This document shows positions 58,728 through 64,000 of a stretch of 64,000 nt of DNA, one piece after another. The stretch covers positions 68,572,001-68,636,000 of the forward strand of contig OZ024743.1 of assembly GCA_964016885.1 (NCBI GenBank), in the 5' to 3' direction. The translations under genes and the position numbers were made by a program. The DNA comes from Eledone cirrhosa. Its lineage: Eukaryota. Positions within the stretch are counted from its first letter, which is position 1. Each line of letters opens with the position of its first letter. The notes under the pieces were generated by a model. That model searched no databases. It worked only from the letters and a program-made list of their open reading frames with translations, and was not told the DNA's origin.

Positions 58728-58776
58728 GTTTAAGCAGAGAATCGCTGCTTTCACCCTTAACGGGATCTTCTGAAAC
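58728..58776 (-). ncRNA. Hammerhead, U4A variant
   Basis: gttt-CAGAAGA-tccc gttaa gggt-GAAA-GCAG cgattct CTGC-TT-aaac. Confidence 0.72.
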
Positions 58777-58908
58777 TAAAACAATCAATCTGTGAACGCA
58801 GAAATAGATATTTCGAAAAACATTGCAACCGAAGGAAAACAGGAAGACGTTACTTTGGTTCGCGAAGACGTTCCCTGTCAATATATATATATATATATGA
58901 TTGTTTTA

Positions 58909-58957
58909 GTTTCAGAAGATCCCGTTAAGGGTGAAAGCAGCGATTCTCTGCTTAAAC
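58909..58957 (+). ncRNA. Hammerhead, U4A variant (second arm)
   Basis: Same motif as 58728-58776. Confidence 0.72.
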
Positions 58958-58997
58958 GTTAATCTGTTATTTTAATAGATGTTTTGCTCTAAGGTTC

Positions 58998-59051
<54 letters not shown>

Positions 59052-59103
59052 CTATATATATATATAGAAAGATTTGAATGGATACAGTTTAGTTGAAAGG
59101 AAT

Positions 59104-59224
59104 TTATTGACACGTGTTTCTATAACAGTTACATAACCTGAAAACAGCTGCTATCTACAAAGTATTAGTTATGCAGACATTCAATATTTCAATGTTATTA
59201 TTTACTGTCATTTCATCAGAATAA
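59104..59224 (-). ncRNA. Hammerhead with 92-nt stem II region
   Basis: ttatt-CTGATGA-a atgacagt ... actgttat a-GAAAC-ACGT-GTC-aataa. Confidence 0.8.
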
Positions 59225-59261
59225 TATTACTGAGGACCTGTTTGGTTTTTATAGAGAATAT

Positions 59262-59314
<53 letters not shown>

Positions 59315-60437
59315 ATGCATATACCACACTGTTCAAGGACCAGTCTGCCTCATTGATCCGACCAAGGATGGAAAAGAAATTGCCCAGCAGGATGGTGAGG
59401 AAAGCGTACAGGAAGAACCAACTACACCGTGAAATCGGTGAATAGAGAGATGGTCGGGGATTCAAGAACACTGGAATTCTCCACAGCCACAGGGTCGACC
59501 ACAAGTTCGGCCTGATTGAACAGCGAAGCTAGAGGACCAGTGTCCGAGGTTGCGCTGAGAATGTGTAGCATTGCTACATATTTAATATATTAGCATTTGT
59601 GTCGGCAGTGTGAAAAATATAATACAAATTATATATCTGAGTGGTTTTCTGAAACTTAATCTAAGTTTGTTTAATTAATCTACTATGTTCAAAATGCCTC
59701 ACTCAAAGAGCTGGTTAATGGGTGTGTCTATTGGGACGAGTATAATCTGACCTTTTTGACACTATTGCTAACTGGTTAGTAGGAATATAGACTAATGATA
59801 GACCCAAGTCCGTGGTATTTAAAACAGCAAAAATTGAGTAAAAGGTATCATTTCCGTGGCAATCAACCAAAATACCTATCAGTAATGACACATCGGGTCT
59901 AGAAATATCTGACTGATACAATGACAAGTCGGTCAATCATTTTGCTGGCCTCCCCACAGCCCCGGATTAAGCATGTACGAAATAGTCTAGCCTATTTTGT
60001 ACAGGCTACTTTCTGGGCCTTTCCACTTTATACCACGGCTATAAAAGATGTTAGTTCATTTTCGACTGGGGAGGAGGTATACATTAGGCTATCACCTGGA
60101 GTCCATGATTAAATACGATCAATGAACTTGAACTTACAAAACAAGCGTCAATGGCCAAATAAATTATACATATATGTTCAGCTCTAGTAACGATATTGTT
60201 TGATCGTCTATGAAATGGAATTGATTCGTAATAACCTGGAAGAATATCTTAAAATCAAAGTGATATTTATTGCAATTGTCGTTTCATCTTCGATTATTTC
60301 TAATGGTTCAATGACATAAGATTAACGTGGAATAACGTATGCCTATAACATATAGATAATACGCAATACGTCCATTTTCCAGATCACTTAACTAATCAGA
60401 AGTCAAAACTAGTATTGGAGTGTATATATATATATAT

Positions 60438-60490
<53 letters not shown>

Positions 60491-60491
60491 C

Positions 60492-60568
<77 letters not shown>

Positions 60569-60584
60569 CGTGCGTGTGTGAATC

Positions 60585-60772
60585 TCGTGTTCAATCGGGG
60601 GTAATTACTGTACGTAAGGTACTCAATACATTAGTAGAGTGTAAATATCCCGATTCAATATAGAAATGGTTTCTACATGACAAGAACTGTTTCATTCGAA
60701 AGAAATCATCAAGAATGCCAACTGTGATTGTAATACGGTTGGCATTTCTACAGTTCTAGCCCTGTAGAAGCT
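60585..60772. mobile_element. Family A fold-back, decayed
   Basis: Family tail, decayed HHR at ~60669-60717 (-), central hairpin filler, partial plus arm. Confidence 0.75.
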
Positions 60773-60799
60773 CCCCCCCCCCTCTCTCTCTCTCTCTCT

Positions 60800-60857
<58 letters not shown>

Positions 60858-61099
60858 TTGTCCTGCAGTATGAGAGAGCCCAATGCGTGAGTTTTTAATA
60901 TAATAATCCAGAATATTTAGGTCTACTATATCCTACAATCATTTCAATGTTATTCTATATATGACTGAAGTAATTGTGGAAATATATCTTCAAGTAGAAC
61001 AAAAATAAATTACCATAGGAGTTGATGGTTAAAGTTAACTTGCTGTATCAATTTTGAAAAGCATATACTGGCACCAACATAAAGTCATACAAGAGGAAA

Positions 61100-61316
61100 T
61101 ATAATGGTTTCTGATTTAAGCACAAGACCGACAATTCTCAAGGAAAGGAAGTCGATTAAATCGAACCGAGTTAGTTACATATACATTAATTTATTGAGCC
61201 TGTAGTAATGAAAGGCAAAGCTAACTTTGGCACAACTTGAATTCAGAATGTAAAGGGCAATACATCTAAGCCGCGAAACATGTTGTCAGACGCTCTACCG
61301 ATACTGTCAGTCCACC
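61100..61316 (-). mobile_element. Diverged SINE
   Basis: gaaaggcaaagctaactttg..ctctaccgatactgtcagtccacc. Confidence 0.8.
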
Positions 61317-61849
61317 ACACTATATAAGATTAAGTATAATAAAACGAAATAATATATAATAAAATAAAGAAAAACGCTCCTTAAAATAATAAGGGATCGA
61401 GATAGCGAAAAGAAAATTCATCAAAATATATTAGTAAAAATTAAATAAATAATTATATAGTGAAGCATGTAGAAATATACTCCATATATACTTTATAAAG
61501 GAATTTATGTTATACGACAAAAATCAAAATCCATAATGTAAATAATTCTTTCTAGAATTAGCACAAGGTCATCGTTGGAAATTTATTTTCTTTACACCGG
61601 AATAGCAAATTATGTCGGAGCAATTTGAAGTCAAAATATTTGGCTGTGATGTTTCTTCCAATCCTTGTATAAAAATGATATATGATTAATGTTGAAGTTC
61701 ACAGGCTATACTCATTGAAATAAGATAGATATTATAGACACTCCTTTGGAACACTCATGTTCGTCGTGCTTAATAGCCCGAATAAACAGACACACGAACA
61801 CACATATATATATAGGTATACATATATATGTATATATGTGTATATATAA

Positions 61850-62095
61850 CATAATAAACGACATAATATAATTATTCCATTACCAAAGATTTCACGAAAG
61901 TAGACAATTCTTACAGCCCCTTCCATCTGATGAACGGGATGGAGGTTTCTGTAAGAATCGTCAAATTTCTTGAAATGTTTAGTAATGGAGTAATCATATT
62001 GTGTTGTTTATTATGTAATGAACTAGCTCTGTATAATACATAGAGCACTCTTCTTTCATTTACCTTTTCTACGGAAATACTTAACACATAAAACA
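61850..62095. mobile_element. Fold-back element with HHR at 61923-61988 (+)
   Basis: Arms 61850-61927 / 61938-62016; ccat-CTGATGA-acggga..tttctt-GAAA-tgttta-GTA-atgg. Confidence 0.65.
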
Positions 62096-62148
62096 TATAT
62101 ATATATATAAATATATATATATACAGAGAGAGAGAGAGTGCTAGAATG

Positions 62149-62226
<78 letters not shown>

Positions 62227-62227
<1 letters not shown>

Positions 62228-62405
62228 AGTTTATTCCGGGTTCAATCGGGGATGACCACAGTAAGTAAGGTACACAATACATAGCAGAGTATAAACATTT
62301 AATATAGAAATGGCTTCTACAGGACAAGAACTGTTTCATTCGGGAGAAGTCATGAGGAAGCTCTGATGGTTTCTCCCGAATGAGACAGTTCTAGTCCTGT
62401 AGAAG

Positions 62406-62410
<5 letters not shown>
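62227..62410. mobile_element. Family A fold-back with two mutated HHRs
   Basis: 62313-62361 (-, CTCATGA core) and 62363-62406 (+, CTGATGG..GAGAC). Confidence 0.8.
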
Positions 62411-62494
<84 letters not shown>

Positions 62495-62904
62495 AATATA
62501 AATTCAGCGAGAATCACATTTCGGCGGGTAGAAAAAGCGAAACGAAACGCAAATCACAGTTATGCTGGCAAGCGCTCAATAGTTAAAACACCAGAGCTAA
62601 ACAATATGTTAAAACGCTATACAAACTGAAAAAGTTGTCAAGAATGCATTAACTACCTAAGCCAATATACAAATCAAGCTAAACAGGTCAAACAAAATAA
62701 ATGATGAAAACAGACCTGAACTCATTGGAATTGATGGTAAAAACCAAATGCAGGGTTTCTATGACACCTAAATCAATAATACTGTCTGCTTAAAACTATA
62801 AGTTTTTGGTATAATGATCGAACTAAGAAATATCACGTTATCAACAGGTATTTTGCTCTGTACCAGCTTTGTTAATGACGTGAGCCTTGTAAAAGCACAA
62901 GTTC

Positions 62905-62963
<59 letters not shown>

Positions 62964-63066
62964 GGAGCCAGGACCACGATGGCTGAGCGCTTCCTGTTTG
63001 AACAAGTATCGAGTGCTCTAGTGAGAAATGGTCTAACCAGTTTCTAACTGAATGCATCCTGGGAGG

Positions 63067-63148
<82 letters not shown>

Positions 63149-63411
63149 AAAGGAGGCAGAGTGAGAGAGAGAAAGACACAAAGAAATTGTAGTAGTAATC
63201 AGTTTCTGTTCGTTGAATTAGTGAATTTGTGTAACATGAAATTGAAAACTGGGTCAACATACAATGGATATTGACTCAACATATGATTCGCTTTTCATGT
63301 GGGGATCAACTGTAGGTACTATAAGCAATTAATGCTGGATTATTTATATAGAAATTAATAAATTACCTAAATACACTAAATTCCATAAATAAAGGATCAG
63401 TATTTGTTACG

Positions 63412-63537
63412 TAATTTACACGTGTTTCGTTAATGTGTAAATGATTACAGCTAGAATCGCTAATCCGATGTAGATTTAAGGATAATTCGACTGAAATATG
63501 CTGCCTCATGAGTTTTACATAATAACTTATCATAGTA
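63412..63537 (-). ncRNA. Decayed long-stem-II hammerhead
   Basis: ATGATAA-gtta ttatgtaaa ... tttacacat taac-GAAAC-ACGT-GTA-aatta. Confidence 0.45.
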
Positions 63538-63582
63538 GAACAATGTTTTTTATTGATATATGGAAATATATATATATATATC

Positions 63583-63752
63583 AGAGAGGGTGTGGTAAGA
63601 TACCAAGTAAACCATAACCCACAAGAGTACTCGATACTTGGGTAGTAGAGTGGGTAATAGGAAAAGATTCACGACGCCTACGGCTGAGCTCTGGCCGTTT
63701 ATAACTGTCCAAATGGCTGGAGCTCAGCCGTCGGGGTCAAGAATCTTTTCGT
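63583..63752. mobile_element. Family C fold-back, diverged
   Basis: gagtactcgatacttgggtagtagagtggg tail; cggctgagctc / gagctcagccg arms. Confidence 0.75.
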
Positions 63753-63771
63753 ATATATATATATATATATT

Positions 63772-64000
63772 TATTTAGATTTGTTGGTTCACCAATGGAT
63801 AGAACTGGTCATTCTGTATAGTCAACTTCGATGTAATATTATGGAGAGCACTCAACGTAATGCAACTCACCCGTCTTCGTTTGTGTAATTGGTGGTGCGT
63901 GTACGGCGTTAATTATTATAAAATAACAGGAGGCTGGACTGGTGTAATTCCTTAAAAGGTTTATTATACTGTGATCACTTCAATGACCGGGTTCAGTATG
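63772..64000. mobile_element. Family B element, runs off the window end
   Basis: 63775-63895 matches 21-145 directly; 63929-63991 is the reverse complement of ~248-312. Confidence 0.7.

Larger units (their letters stand above)
58708..59000. mobile_element. Fold-back element (family J)
   Basis: Near-identical arms 58708-58787 / 58898-58977. Confidence 0.8.

Noticed and set aside
62698-62810. Hammerhead-like arrangement ATGATGA..cagac/gtctg..AAAAC tata agtt
   Set aside because: Needs two core mutations and has a weak stem I; not distinguishable from chance.

Overview
AT-rich, microsatellite-saturated eukaryotic DNA with no recognisable host protein-coding gene. The tRNA-derived SINE families and (TA)n density suggest an octopus or other cephalopod genome (inference). 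Nearly all listed ORFs are artefacts of simple repeats. The real content is retroelements: one decayed L1/Tx1-type LINE, RTE and R4/Dong LINE fragments, more than ten SINE copies, a 3.1-kb minisatellite, and many Penelope-like elements (PLEs). Four PLEs keep clear GIY-YIG endonuclease coding sequence (two Neptune-type, two Naiad-type). The main signal is that most short unique-looking islands between (TA)n runs are PLE 3'-end (pLTR) fragments, often arranged as asymmetric head-to-head fold-backs. By eye I find type I hammerhead ribozyme (HHR) motifs at about 27 loci, from intact to decayed. These include non-canonical cores shared by both arms of a fold-back (U3-A8, U3-A8 with A13C, U4C, U4A), dimer-type palindromic stem III, and stem II insertions of about 55-100 nt. 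All structures were read manually; no activity, expression or database match has been tested.
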